Positions 56,197 through 64,000 of a stretch of DNA of 64,000 bases are shown piece by piece (the stretch's first letter is position 1; each line of letters starts with the position of its first letter). Source of the stretch: an uncultured Gammaproteobacteria bacterium (lineage in GTDB: Bacteria > Patescibacteriota > Patescibacteriia > Patescibacteriales > JAGXOH01); contig CAZWNU010000001.1 in assembly GCA_964635515.1 (NCBI GenBank), forward strand, positions 5,068 through 69,067. Reading direction: 5' to 3'. The notes beneath the pieces are model-generated. The model was not told where the DNA came from, did not search any database, and worked only from the letters and a program-made list of their open reading frames with translations. A program made the position numbers and the translations under genes.

Positions 56197-56349
56197 GCCG
56201 GAACCAAAAAGAACAGACCGAATTTCTGTTCTTTTTTATTTGCCAAAAACCCGATTGACTTTTGTTTTTCAGAACTATAGAATTATTATATCTTTTGTGA
56301 AAATACAAACTAATTCGATCTTTAAAAAATTATTAAGGAGGGTATGAGA

Positions 56350-57687
56350 ATGAGAATTGCAATTTTTGGAACAGGTTATGTGGGCTTGGTTACCGGGACT
56401 TGTTTGGCTGACACAGGAGTCCGGGTTACTTGCGTGGACAAGGATGATGAAATAATTGAAACATTGAACAGAGGAGAATCCACTATATATGAACCCGGCC
56501 TGGAAGAAATGTTAAGAAAAAATATTCAAGCCGGAAAGATAGATTTTACCACCAGACCGGAAGACCCGATAAGGGAAAGTGATATTATTATAATCACAGT
56601 GGGAACACCTTCTCACCAAAACGGAGAAGCCAACCTTGATTATGTTTTTGAGGTGTCAAGGACGATCGGCGAAAATATTAACGGCTATAAATTAATCGTC
56701 CAAAAATCAACCGTCCCTGTAGGCACTTGTAGACAGATAGAAGAAGTCATTAGGCAAGAATTGACAGACAGGGACAATCTTCTTGATTTTTCAGTCGCCT
56801 CGAACCCGGAGTTCCTCAAGGAAGGGACAGCCGTGGACGACTTCTTGAAACCGGCAAGGATAATCTTGGGAGTCGAGGACGACAGAGCCAAAGGTCTCTT
56901 AAAAAATCTCTATAAACCTTTCATGAGAAAAAAATCCAATAAGATCCTGTTTATGAACATAGAAAGCGCTGAGTTGGCCAAACATGCCGCCAACTGCATG
57001 TTAGCCTCCAGGATCTCTTTCATGAACATGTTGGCCAGATCAGCCGAATTAGTGGGTGCCGATATTGAAGAGATCAGAGCAGGAATCGGTAGTGACCCCA
57101 GGATAGGAGAAGAATTTCTTTATGCTGGAGTAGGTTATGGGGGTTCTTGTTTTCCAAAAGATGTCAGAGCCCTGATAAGCACCATCAAAAACCAAAAGCT
57201 GGATGTCGGCCTGCTAGAAGAAGTAGACCAGATCAATCAAGATCAAAGACGATGGTTCTTGAATAAAATTCTCAGGGAGACAGGAGAGGATCTGAAGGGC
57301 AAGAACATAGCCATCTGGGGGTTATCGTTTAAGGCCGGCACTGATGATGTCCGAGAGTCGCCTGCTATCTACATTGTGTCCGAACTGCTGAAAAAAAACG
57401 CCTGTGTCAAAGTCTTCGACCCTAAGGCCATGGAGAATTTCAAAAAGGTCCTTCCGCCTGAAAGGAACACCAGACTGGTCTATTGCCAAGATGAATACTC
57501 AAGCCTAATAGGGGCCGAGGCATTAATAATCCTAACCGAGTGGCATCCTTTTAGGAATCCCGACCTGGCCAAAATGAAGAAATTAATGAAACTTCCTCTT
57601 GTCTTTGATGGAAGAAATCTTTTGAGTCCGGAAGAAATGAGGCAAGAAGGTTTCAAATATTTCTCAGTAGGAAGGGGGTCCAATTAA
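56350..57687 (+). CDS. ugd: UDP-glucose 6-dehydrogenase (nucleotide-sugar dehydrogenase family)
   Basis: IAIFGTGYVGLVTG Rossmann motif, catalytic GGSCFPKD, and C-terminal UDP-binding domain. Confidence 0.85.
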   Translation: MRIAIFGTGYVGLVTGTCLADTGVRVTCVDKDDEIIETLNRGESTIYEPGLEEMLRKNIQAGKIDFTTRPEDPIRESDIIIITVGTPSHQNGEANLDYVFEVSRTIGENINGYKLIVQKSTVPVGTCRQIEEVIRQELTDRDNLLDFSVASNPEFLKEGTAVDDFLKPARIILGVEDDRAKGLLKNLYKPFMRKKSNKILFMNIESAELAKHAANCMLASRISFMNMLARSAELVGADIEEIRAGIGSDPRIGEEFLYAGVGYGGSCFPKDVRALISTIKNQKLDVGLLEEVDQINQDQRRWFLNKILRETGEDLKGKNIAIWGLSFKAGTDDVRESPAIYIVSELLKKNACVKVFDPKAMENFKKVLPPERNTRLVYCQDEYSSLIGAEALIILTEWHPFRNPDLAKMKKLMKLPLVFDGRNLLSPEEMRQEGFKYFSVGRGSN

Positions 57688-57716
57688 CATGTAAAAATTC
57701 CTAGGCAATTCAAAAA

Positions 57717-57749
57717 ACCCGGATTCATTAAAATCCGGGTTTTGTTTTT
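57717..57749. terminator. Bidirectional intrinsic terminator
   Basis: ACCCGGAT-tcattaaa-ATCCGGGT followed by TTTGTTTTT. Confidence 0.65.
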
Positions 57750-57779
57750 AAGAATGTGGAAGGCTTTAGTTATCATCAA

Positions 57780-58241
57780 TTATTTATTCCGAATCGACTT
57801 GGCAAACTTCTTTGCTCCCTTAAGATCTTTTTTGTTGGGCCTACCCCTGTTAATCCCTCCGATCAATTTCAATAAGCTATAGGTGTCATAACCACGACAA
57901 TCATACTCACCTAAGATCTTAAAACCCTTCTCTTTTAATTTATTTTTAAAATGCCGGTGAGATCGGTTTAAAATAAAATTTTTTCTCATCCCGCTGGTAG
58001 AAAACAGAAAAGCTTTTTTGTTTTCCATCTGAGGAAGGTTATCCACCAGATCGATCAGGCCTTTATGGAATTTGGAATAATAAACCCCTGAACCAAAACC
58101 GACCAGATCGGCTCTTCCTATCTCCTCTTTTTTTACTTCAGAAAACTTGACCAGTTTCGCTCCCAGGGTAGAGCTTATTATTTTAGCCACTTTCTCCGTA
58201 TTTCGGTGATGGAAAGAGGCATAGATGATAATGATTTTCAT
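57780..58241 (-). CDS. Flavodoxin-like fold protein
   Basis: MKIIIIYASFHHRNTEKVAKII...VGFGSGVY, a flavodoxin-4-like pattern. Confidence 0.55.
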   Translation of the reverse strand: MKIIIIYASFHHRNTEKVAKIISSTLGAKLVKFSEVKKEEIGRADLVGFGSGVYYSKFHKGLIDLVDNLPQMENKKAFLFSTSGMRKNFILNRSHRHFKNKLKEKGFKILGEYDCRGYDTYSLLKLIGGINRGRPNKKDLKGAKKFAKSIRNK

Positions 58242-58297
58242 TTTTATAATATTTACTTATTTTTTTAAATTCTTAGATCTGAAAAACTGAAGAATAA

Positions 58298-59452
58298 CTA
58301 GTTCAGCACATGAGGATGTCTTTCATTCATCCTATCCAAAACCTTTCTTTTAACCTCCAACACATCCTCCATAGAAGGATTGGGCGCTAGATTATCCATG
58401 TTCAAAACATCGGATAACATTTTAGGGATCTCAGAAAAGGAGATCTTGTTCTTTAAGAAAATGTCCACAATAATTTCATCGGCAAAGACCAGGGCAGCCG
58501 GAAAACTTCCACCTTTCTCTCCTGCTTGATAAGCAAGTTTTAAACAAGGAAATTTCTCCATGTCGGGCTTAAAAAAAGATAATTTCCCTACCTCAGTCAA
58601 GTCTATATCATTAAAAGAGCGGGGAGCTCTTACAGGATGGAAAAGGGCCGATTGAATTGGGGTTTTCATATCTGGAGCTGAGAGCAATGCCTTTATACTG
58701 CCGTCTCGGAACTCCACCATAGAATGAATAATACATTCGGGATGAATCACCACTTTTATTTTATCAAAAGGTAGCCGGAATAAATAATGGGCTTCTATAA
58801 CCTCCAAACCCTTGTTCATTAATGTGGAAGAATCAACAGTTATCTTAGAACCCATATCCCAAACCGGATGCCGGCTGGCCTCCTCATTTTTAACCTTTAC
58901 CAACTCCTCCTTGGAATGCTTCCAAAAAGGACCTCCGGAACAAGTTAAAATCAAATTTTTAACCTCGCCCACGTCCTCTCCTTTCAAACACTCGAACAAA
59001 GCTGAATGTTCAGAATCCAAAGGAATCAACTCCCCTCCATACCTGTCCAGGTAGCTGTTTATTATTTGACCAGCAGAAATAATACTTTCTTTGTTGGCGA
59101 TCAGTATTTTCTTCTTGTTCTTGATAGCTTCTATCAAGGGGACAAGGGCGGAGGTTCCTGAAGAAGAAAAAACAATGATATCAATATCATTGTTACAAAC
59201 CAAATCAATTAAGCCTTCTTGTCCAAAACAAAAGTCGACATTCGGGAAAAAGGCGGAAATTTTTTTTGCTGTTTCCTTTTTTTCTAAACAGACCACCCCG
59301 GGTCGAAATTCTTCTATCTGAGAAGATAGCTCTTCTATGTTATCTCTGGCAGCTAAACCATAGACTCGAAAATGTTCTTTATGAGTTTTAAGAACCTCCA
59401 TGGTTTGCTTGCCCACCGAGCCGGTCGATCCGAACACAAAGACTCTCTTCAT
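58298..59452 (-). CDS. dxr: 1-deoxy-D-xylulose 5-phosphate reductoisomerase
   Basis: VFGSTGSVGKQT, LIANKESII, LIPLDSEHSALFQ, HPVWDMGSKITVDSSTLMNKGLEVIEAHYLF; colinear with E. coli Dxr. Confidence 0.9.
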   Translation of the reverse strand: MKRVFVFGSTGSVGKQTMEVLKTHKEHFRVYGLAARDNIEELSSQIEEFRPGVVCLEKKETAKKISAFFPNVDFCFGQEGLIDLVCNNDIDIIVFSSSGTSALVPLIEAIKNKKKILIANKESIISAGQIINSYLDRYGGELIPLDSEHSALFECLKGEDVGEVKNLILTCSGGPFWKHSKEELVKVKNEEASRHPVWDMGSKITVDSSTLMNKGLEVIEAHYLFRLPFDKIKVVIHPECIIHSMVEFRDGSIKALLSAPDMKTPIQSALFHPVRAPRSFNDIDLTEVGKLSFFKPDMEKFPCLKLAYQAGEKGGSFPAALVFADEIIVDIFLKNKISFSEIPKMLSDVLNMDNLAPNPSMEDVLEVKRKVLDRMNERHPHVLN

Positions 59453-59622
59453 AAATTTTTATTAAACACTACTATTTCTATTCTAACATAAAAGCAAAAA
59501 CCGGAAAATGTCTATCTTTACCAATCAGGGGCTTCAGTTGAGCTTTTAAGCTTCTCTGCCCTGGAGGCTTTTGGGGAAAATTTTAGATAAAAACTAAAAT
59601 TGTGAACTTAGCTTTTCAGGAT

Positions 59623-60576
59623 TCAAGATGTTTTACTATCCTGATTGACATATATTTTTTCCAAGTGTTTTAACATTCTGGCAAACCTGGGAAATCTTGC
59701 TAAAGGGCGCAGAAACCTAACAAAAATAGCCATGTGTCTGGTCACCTCCAATCCGCCCCGAGAAAAGACCTCAAAAGCCACAGCCAGGCCTTGAAAGAAA
59801 CGGAAAACTATAAAAAAAGGTATGGTAGCGATTATATCCAACCAATATTTCCTCATAAAATCCTTGAGTTTGGGCACTTTTCTAAATTTGAAAGAGAGAT
59901 CAAGGACAAAAAACAAAATGACCGCCCAGTCAATTAAATTAAAATAAAAAGAATAAGGAGCCACCTGATCAGCATAAACAAATTCCACCACAATAGCCAC
60001 AAACAAAATAACCAGGGCATAAGGAACAGCATTATCAACCGCCCTTTCAATCTTCTGATAATAGCTAAGCTTACTTGAGTCTATTTTGGGATCTTCGATC
60101 AGGCCAAGCAAGGTGGCTATTCTTTCCACTACAAAAGCTGTCGTGGCCAAGGCTACAAAGAAAGCCAAAAGAGCCGGAATGGTAAGAATAAACTCAGTCA
60201 GGCCATACCCCCCGAGAATGAAACCAAAAGCATAAGCGACAGCCGGAGGATGAGAAGTATCTGTAATTATCAAAATAGCTATAATAAGGCCAACAGCCAA
60301 GGCCGCTTGAATACTTAAGGAGAAAGGAGACAAAGAAACAAGGAATCCTATTAAAGCCGCCCCCAGATAACTGAAAACTATTGTTTTGGGTCTGGCCGAA
60401 GGATTAGTAGGATTAAAGACCACAATAGCGGTAGTGGCGGCGAAGGAAGCAATGGCAATTCCATGGCCAATAGCTTGCTCAAAAACACTAAAAACAAAAA
60501 TCATTATCGCCATCATTAAAGCAGCAATAGACGAGGCCACAAAGGCGTGTCTGAGATGATGGTCTTTGGTCGACAT
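59623..60576 (-). CDS. HPP-family membrane domain fused to a C-terminal voltage-sensor-like (S1-S4) domain, with no pore
   Basis: HPP motif (DTSHPPAVA) in the N-terminal 4-TM half. The C-terminal half has an S2-like helix with an acidic residue (IDWAVILFFVLDLSF), an S3-like LDIIATIPFF (the D...P pattern) and an S4-like RFLRPLARFPRFARMLK, with Arg/Lys at nearly every third position. Confidence 0.5.
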   Translation of the reverse strand: MSTKDHHLRHAFVASSIAALMMAIMIFVFSVFEQAIGHGIAIASFAATTAIVVFNPTNPSARPKTIVFSYLGAALIGFLVSLSPFSLSIQAALAVGLIIAILIITDTSHPPAVAYAFGFILGGYGLTEFILTIPALLAFFVALATTAFVVERIATLLGLIEDPKIDSSKLSYYQKIERAVDNAVPYALVILFVAIVVEFVYADQVAPYSFYFNLIDWAVILFFVLDLSFKFRKVPKLKDFMRKYWLDIIATIPFFIVFRFFQGLAVAFEVFSRGGLEVTRHMAIFVRFLRPLARFPRFARMLKHLEKIYVNQDSKTS

Positions 60577-60579
60577 TTC

Positions 60580-61335
60580 TTATCTATTAATATTTAACTT
60601 CTCTACTGCCTCTCTGTAAGCGCAAAAATCACAGTTCGGATCAGGCTTGGGAAATCGAGAGGAGTCCAAGGTGTCCTTGATATCTTTTAAGGTATCTTCC
60701 AGCCAAGAATCGTCTCCGGTATAAGCGATTAAAGTGATTTTAAATTCCAACTTGGCATCGAACTTCTCAGTATCAGTGATTCCGTTACAATAGACAAAAT
60801 AACCAGTGTCGGAAACCGAATAACCATTTTGACGCAAAAGCCATTGGTAAACCTCCATCTGTCTCTTGTAACCTCTCTGCCAATCTTTATTTAATTCAGT
60901 AATATCTTCTTCCTTGGAGGTTGCCTTATAATCAACCACAATATATTCTCCTTGGGGATTTATCCAAAGATCGTCAATGGCGCCGCTGACTTGAAAACCG
61001 GTGGGTTTATGATAACATTGCACTCCTTGAAAATTACGCCTCCAGACGTCCAGATGATCATGTTTCACCGGCCGAGCGGCAATTCCATAGCGCTCAATCA
61101 ATTCATGGGTTTCACCCTTTTCTCTTAAAATATCAAATTCTTTTTTCAACAGTTCATCTACCGCTGTATTCAGAGCAAAGGGAAATCCGGGCGGACGTTT
61201 TACCCCTAATTTATTATCTAAATAAAAACAAAGCGGGCACTCTATAAACAAGTCTATCTTAGAACGACTCAGTCTCCACTTGCTGCCACCATAATTATAG
61301 GTGGCGCTACGGTTGGGATTATAAAAACTGGACAT
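60580..61335 (-). CDS. Cas4-like PD-(D/E)xK nuclease with an Fe-S cluster cysteine quartet (DUF83-like), not linked to any CRISPR
   Basis: N-terminal ...IECPLCFYL (Cas4 CPxxFY-type motif), AIDDL ... IVVDYK (D...DxK), QMEVYQ (QxxxY) and a C-terminal CDFCAY. Confidence 0.55.
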   Translation of the reverse strand: MSSFYNPNRSATYNYGGSKWRLSRSKIDLFIECPLCFYLDNKLGVKRPPGFPFALNTAVDELLKKEFDILREKGETHELIERYGIAARPVKHDHLDVWRRNFQGVQCYHKPTGFQVSGAIDDLWINPQGEYIVVDYKATSKEEDITELNKDWQRGYKRQMEVYQWLLRQNGYSVSDTGYFVYCNGITDTEKFDAKLEFKITLIAYTGDDSWLEDTLKDIKDTLDSSRFPKPDPNCDFCAYREAVEKLNINR

Positions 61336-61350
61336 AAAATCTATATATAA

Positions 61351-62109
61351 TTAAAAAGAAAAATGCTTTAACCCCTCAATTATTCCCTGAGAAAAGTTTT
61401 TTTTGGCTATATAGACACGGGAAGGGTCTCCGGAAAGATCTTTCTTTAAAGATTCAGGAGCATTACCGACTAAAACGGCCTTAAATCCAGTGCTTAAAGC
61501 TTCCAGGTCATTTCCGGAATCACCTGCATAAATAACTTCATCTTTCCCAGCCCCCAACTTCTTAGCCAAAAATTCAAGAACACCACCTTTTCCTCCTAGC
61601 CTGGGTATGATATCAACCAGCCCCAAATTTTTGACCCTGTCTTCGGAATAGATCAGTTTAGCTGGAGTATCAACCAATCTTTCTTCAATTTCCTCAAGAG
61701 CTTCCTTTTTATTGTAATCCAGCTTTAAGTAATAACTTAACTTAAAATCGGTTTGAGCTCGATCTTCTTGAAGGCTAAGGCCTGCTATACCCTTCAACTT
61801 TTTCTTCATTTCCAGCCAATTATAGGACTCGGAAAGTAGGTAATCTTCATAATCTTTATCTTTCTTCCACTCCCCTCTCCGGAGAGAATAAATGGCAGTG
61901 CCTACGTCAGATGATAGAAAATCGGTCTGAGGAAGATAATAATCAGCTAACACTTCTAAGATCATGGATAAACTTCTACCGCTGATGTAGGCGATCTTTA
62001 GATCTTTTCTTTTTTTTAGGATATCTTCCAACTCTTTTAGATCCTCTTTAACAAAAGATTCTTCCTTGGGAACAAGAGTATTATCTATATCACTGGCAAA
62101 TAGTTTCAT
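61351..62109 (-). CDS. HAD-IIB phosphatase closely resembling sucrose-phosphate phosphatase (SPP)
   Basis: ASDIDNTLV (DxDxT), YISGRS, GDSGNDLEAL; colinear with cyanobacterial SPP along its whole length. Confidence 0.65.
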   Translation of the reverse strand: MKLFASDIDNTLVPKEESFVKEDLKELEDILKKRKDLKIAYISGRSLSMILEVLADYYLPQTDFLSSDVGTAIYSLRRGEWKKDKDYEDYLLSESYNWLEMKKKLKGIAGLSLQEDRAQTDFKLSYYLKLDYNKKEALEEIEERLVDTPAKLIYSEDRVKNLGLVDIIPRLGGKGGVLEFLAKKLGAGKDEVIYAGDSGNDLEALSTGFKAVLVGNAPESLKKDLSGDPSRVYIAKKNFSQGIIEGLKHFSF

Positions 62110-63314
62110 ATTATCTTACCTGATTTAAAAGCAAATATTTGACCGGCGGCGTTCCAAGCCATATATGGAGTCCCTTCGGGTGTTTTTTTCTTACCGTGAA
62201 GATACTCATAAAAACCCCAACTACCACCCTCCCTTCGGTCCAGATAGTTGGCTTTAGTGATCTCTTCTAAACAATGCTCAGCCAGATCTTTTCGATCGGA
62301 TCTTCTCAGTGCTGCCGCGTAAAAACCGTTTATCATTGGCCACAGGCCTCCATTGTGATTTAAATAGGGCTTGTTTTTGAACTCGAACAAAAAGGAAACC
62401 TGAAGTTCTTCCCAATCCTTGTCACCTCTCTTAATTATTGGATAAAAAGCGGGGATTAACGAGTTTTGGGAAATTTCAGTCGCATACTCTATTATTTTTT
62501 GACTCTGCTCTTTAGTGGACAGACCAAAAAGAATAACCAAAGAATTGGCAAAAAAATCAAATCTTTTGGTTTCAACGTCAAAGGACTCTATCCAATAACT
62601 ACTGTTTTTATTTAACTTATCAAATATAGCTTGATGATAAATATATTTCCTGTCTTTTTTCTCAACCTTGTCCGGTCCGAAATTGACCTCAATCCTTCGT
62701 TTTAATTTGTTTTTCTTCTTAACCCAATAACTAAAAGAATCACCCCTGACCTTCCTTATCTTAATAAACTCGGTTAAGGCTTGATAATAAAGAACTTGAT
62801 CATAAAGCAGATAACCCTGTCTGGGCATTTCATCAGCCCAGTCGCCGGATCTGGGTACGAAAATGAAGCCCCTTTGATTGAATTCCCAAGATTCAAGAAG
62901 GGAGATAACCTTGACTATTGCTGGATAGTGAAGATCCAAAAACTCCTGGTCCCGAGTTTGATTGTAATATTTGACACAACCAAGAACATACCATAAAGGC
63001 GAGTCGACTCGACCAGCCAGAGTACCATAACTCACCCTCTTGCTTTCGGGACTGACATTGCTGGGAATCTCTCCTTGCCTGCCCTGAAACTTTAAAAGAG
63101 TATCCAGGGTTTTTCTAAAAGCATTGATCAATCTTTCCTCCCCGGTGAGAAGAGCCGCTAGTCCGGTAATAACCCCGTCTCTCGCCCAAACCCTTCTGTA
63201 ATTAGCTCTTTTCTTGGAAGAGGCATAAAAACCATGCTCAGAAGAACATTTATACAAGAGATCAATCGACTTTTTATATCCGACACGAGGCAAATCCATC
63301 ATAAAAACCTTCAT
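62106..63314 (-). CDS. GH100-like (alpha/alpha)6-barrel glycoside hydrolase (neutral/alkaline invertase-like)
   Basis: YRRVWARDGVI, KTLDTLLKFQGRQGEIPS, HNGGLWP, and a C-terminal region with a WG..EY...GK pattern (YMAWNAAGQ); these are all shared with plant and cyanobacterial neutral invertases. Confidence 0.5.
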   Translation of the reverse strand: MKVFMMDLPRVGYKKSIDLLYKCSSEHGFYASSKKRANYRRVWARDGVITGLAALLTGEERLINAFRKTLDTLLKFQGRQGEIPSNVSPESKRVSYGTLAGRVDSPLWYVLGCVKYYNQTRDQEFLDLHYPAIVKVISLLESWEFNQRGFIFVPRSGDWADEMPRQGYLLYDQVLYYQALTEFIKIRKVRGDSFSYWVKKKNKLKRRIEVNFGPDKVEKKDRKYIYHQAIFDKLNKNSSYWIESFDVETKRFDFFANSLVILFGLSTKEQSQKIIEYATEISQNSLIPAFYPIIKRGDKDWEELQVSFLFEFKNKPYLNHNGGLWPMINGFYAAALRRSDRKDLAEHCLEEITKANYLDRREGGSWGFYEYLHGKKKTPEGTPYMAWNAAGQIFAFKSGKII

Positions 63315-63399
63315 TTAGAACCTTTTAATAAATTCGGAGTTAACTTTATTTTATTATACTAAGACCCATTTGTAAACGCAGATAGAAACTGATAAAGGA

Positions 63400-63996
63400 T
63401 TATTCTATACCTAATTCCAAGGCTCTCTTGATCTGGGGGATTTCTCTAGCCTTCACATCGGACAAGGAATTTTCTTTGTAGTCCTGGATTATTTTAACTC
63501 CCTCCAGGTCCAGAGCTGTTCTTTTAGTTGAGGCTAAAATGAGCTCCGGTCGCCTTGTGGGACCTTTCATAGGACCCCGGCTAATGAAACAAACGCGAGC
63601 ATCCATAACAACCAGATCGGGCTTAATTATCGAATTCAACTCAGCGATTTTTTCTTGAAGATGCCGAGCATGAAGAGACAACCTTTCCCTGGGCCTCATT
63701 AAGCCTACTGCTAATTTTAAGGCTCCGGTATATTGAGACAAAAAATGAGTTTTTAAGCACGGTAAAAATATCAATTTATCTGCCTTTTCCAAGGGGCCGG
63801 CAAGAGAAACATTCTTCAAATACCTTCCTTGGGGCACCTTCTTTTTTACCCAGGATCCCCGATCAAGATTAAGTACTTTAACTTTCGGATCTAAGTCTTC
63901 TAGCTCATAAACCCCTAAATCGATTAAAACATCTTCGGTTTTGGCTAACATGGTAGAAGAAGCTCCAATTAAAACCTCTCGGGGTTGTTGTTCCAA
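63400..63996 (-). CDS. DUF362-domain protein, C-terminal part (the N-terminus lies beyond the window)
   Basis: LIFLPCLKTHFLSQYTGALKLAVG and PDLVVMDARVCFISRGPMKGP match the DUF362 core. Confidence 0.5.
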   Translation of the reverse strand: MEQQPREVLIGASSTMLAKTEDVLIDLGVYELEDLDPKVKVLNLDRGSWVKKKVPQGRYLKNVSLAGPLEKADKLIFLPCLKTHFLSQYTGALKLAVGLMRPRERLSLHARHLQEKIAELNSIIKPDLVVMDARVCFISRGPMKGPTRRPELILASTKRTALDLEGVKIIQDYKENSLSDVKAREIPQIKRALELGIE

Positions 63997-64000
63997 GACC

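Noticed and set aside
60580-61335. CRISPR-Cas locus suggested by the Cas4-like nuclease
   Set aside because: There are no direct-repeat arrays and no other cas genes anywhere in the window; it was treated as a stand-alone Cas4-like/DUF83 nuclease.
1-63996. Alternative genetic code (UGA=Gly/Trp), as in some CPR lineages
   Set aside because: TGA terminates well-conserved proteins at the expected length (for example 1560-1562 and 3474-3476), and no conserved protein appears to read through a TGA.

Overview
The window is a gene-dense, low-GC stretch that reads like a reduced bacterial genome. The gene content and low-complexity tails on ribosomal proteins suggest a Patescibacteria/CPR-like lineage, but that is inference. 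The standard code is in use: TGA ends the genes at 1562 and 3476.

About 60 protein-coding genes are supportable, and most are housekeeping:
- Translation and replication: gltX, lysS, serS, gyrB, rpmE-prfA-prmC, rpmA, rplY/ctc, pyrG, greA, a sigma-70 factor, xerC/D.
- Glycolysis: a pgk-eno-iPGM block.
- Cell wall/division: ddl, an aminotransferase, a MurF-like remnant and an ftsQ-like gene in one operon; FtsW/RodA; two peptidases (M23 and S41).
- Cell-surface glycan genes: WecA-like, a WecB-Nudix fusion, a Wzx-like flippase, a GT2 glycosyltransferase, DUF192, a Wzy-like protein, Ugd, CapA.
- Other: dxr, tsaC, cvpA, a Kef antiporter, an NSS transporter.

No rRNA, tRNA, CRISPR array or clear mobile element was found.

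The items that look unusual from the sequence itself:
1. A membrane-anchored, zinc-ribbon Clp/Hsp100 ATPase whose first AAA+ module appears catalytically dead, co-transcribed with a small membrane protein.
2. An HPP membrane domain fused to a voltage-sensor-like S1-S4 domain with no pore.
3. A WecB/TagA glycosyltransferase fused to a Nudix hydrolase.
4. An HtrA-like PDZ protein that has lost all three catalytic residues.
5. A MurF-like ligase remnant with a destroyed P-loop inside the ddl-ftsQ operon.
6. A secreted protein with tandem DEHCPQGxxC repeats.
7. A standalone Cas4-like Fe-S nuclease next to a sucrose-phosphate-phosphatase-like gene and a GH100 invertase-like gene.
8. A CIRCE-like operator upstream of an edge Clp gene.
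9. Several consensus or extended -10 promoters, and bidirectional intrinsic terminators.
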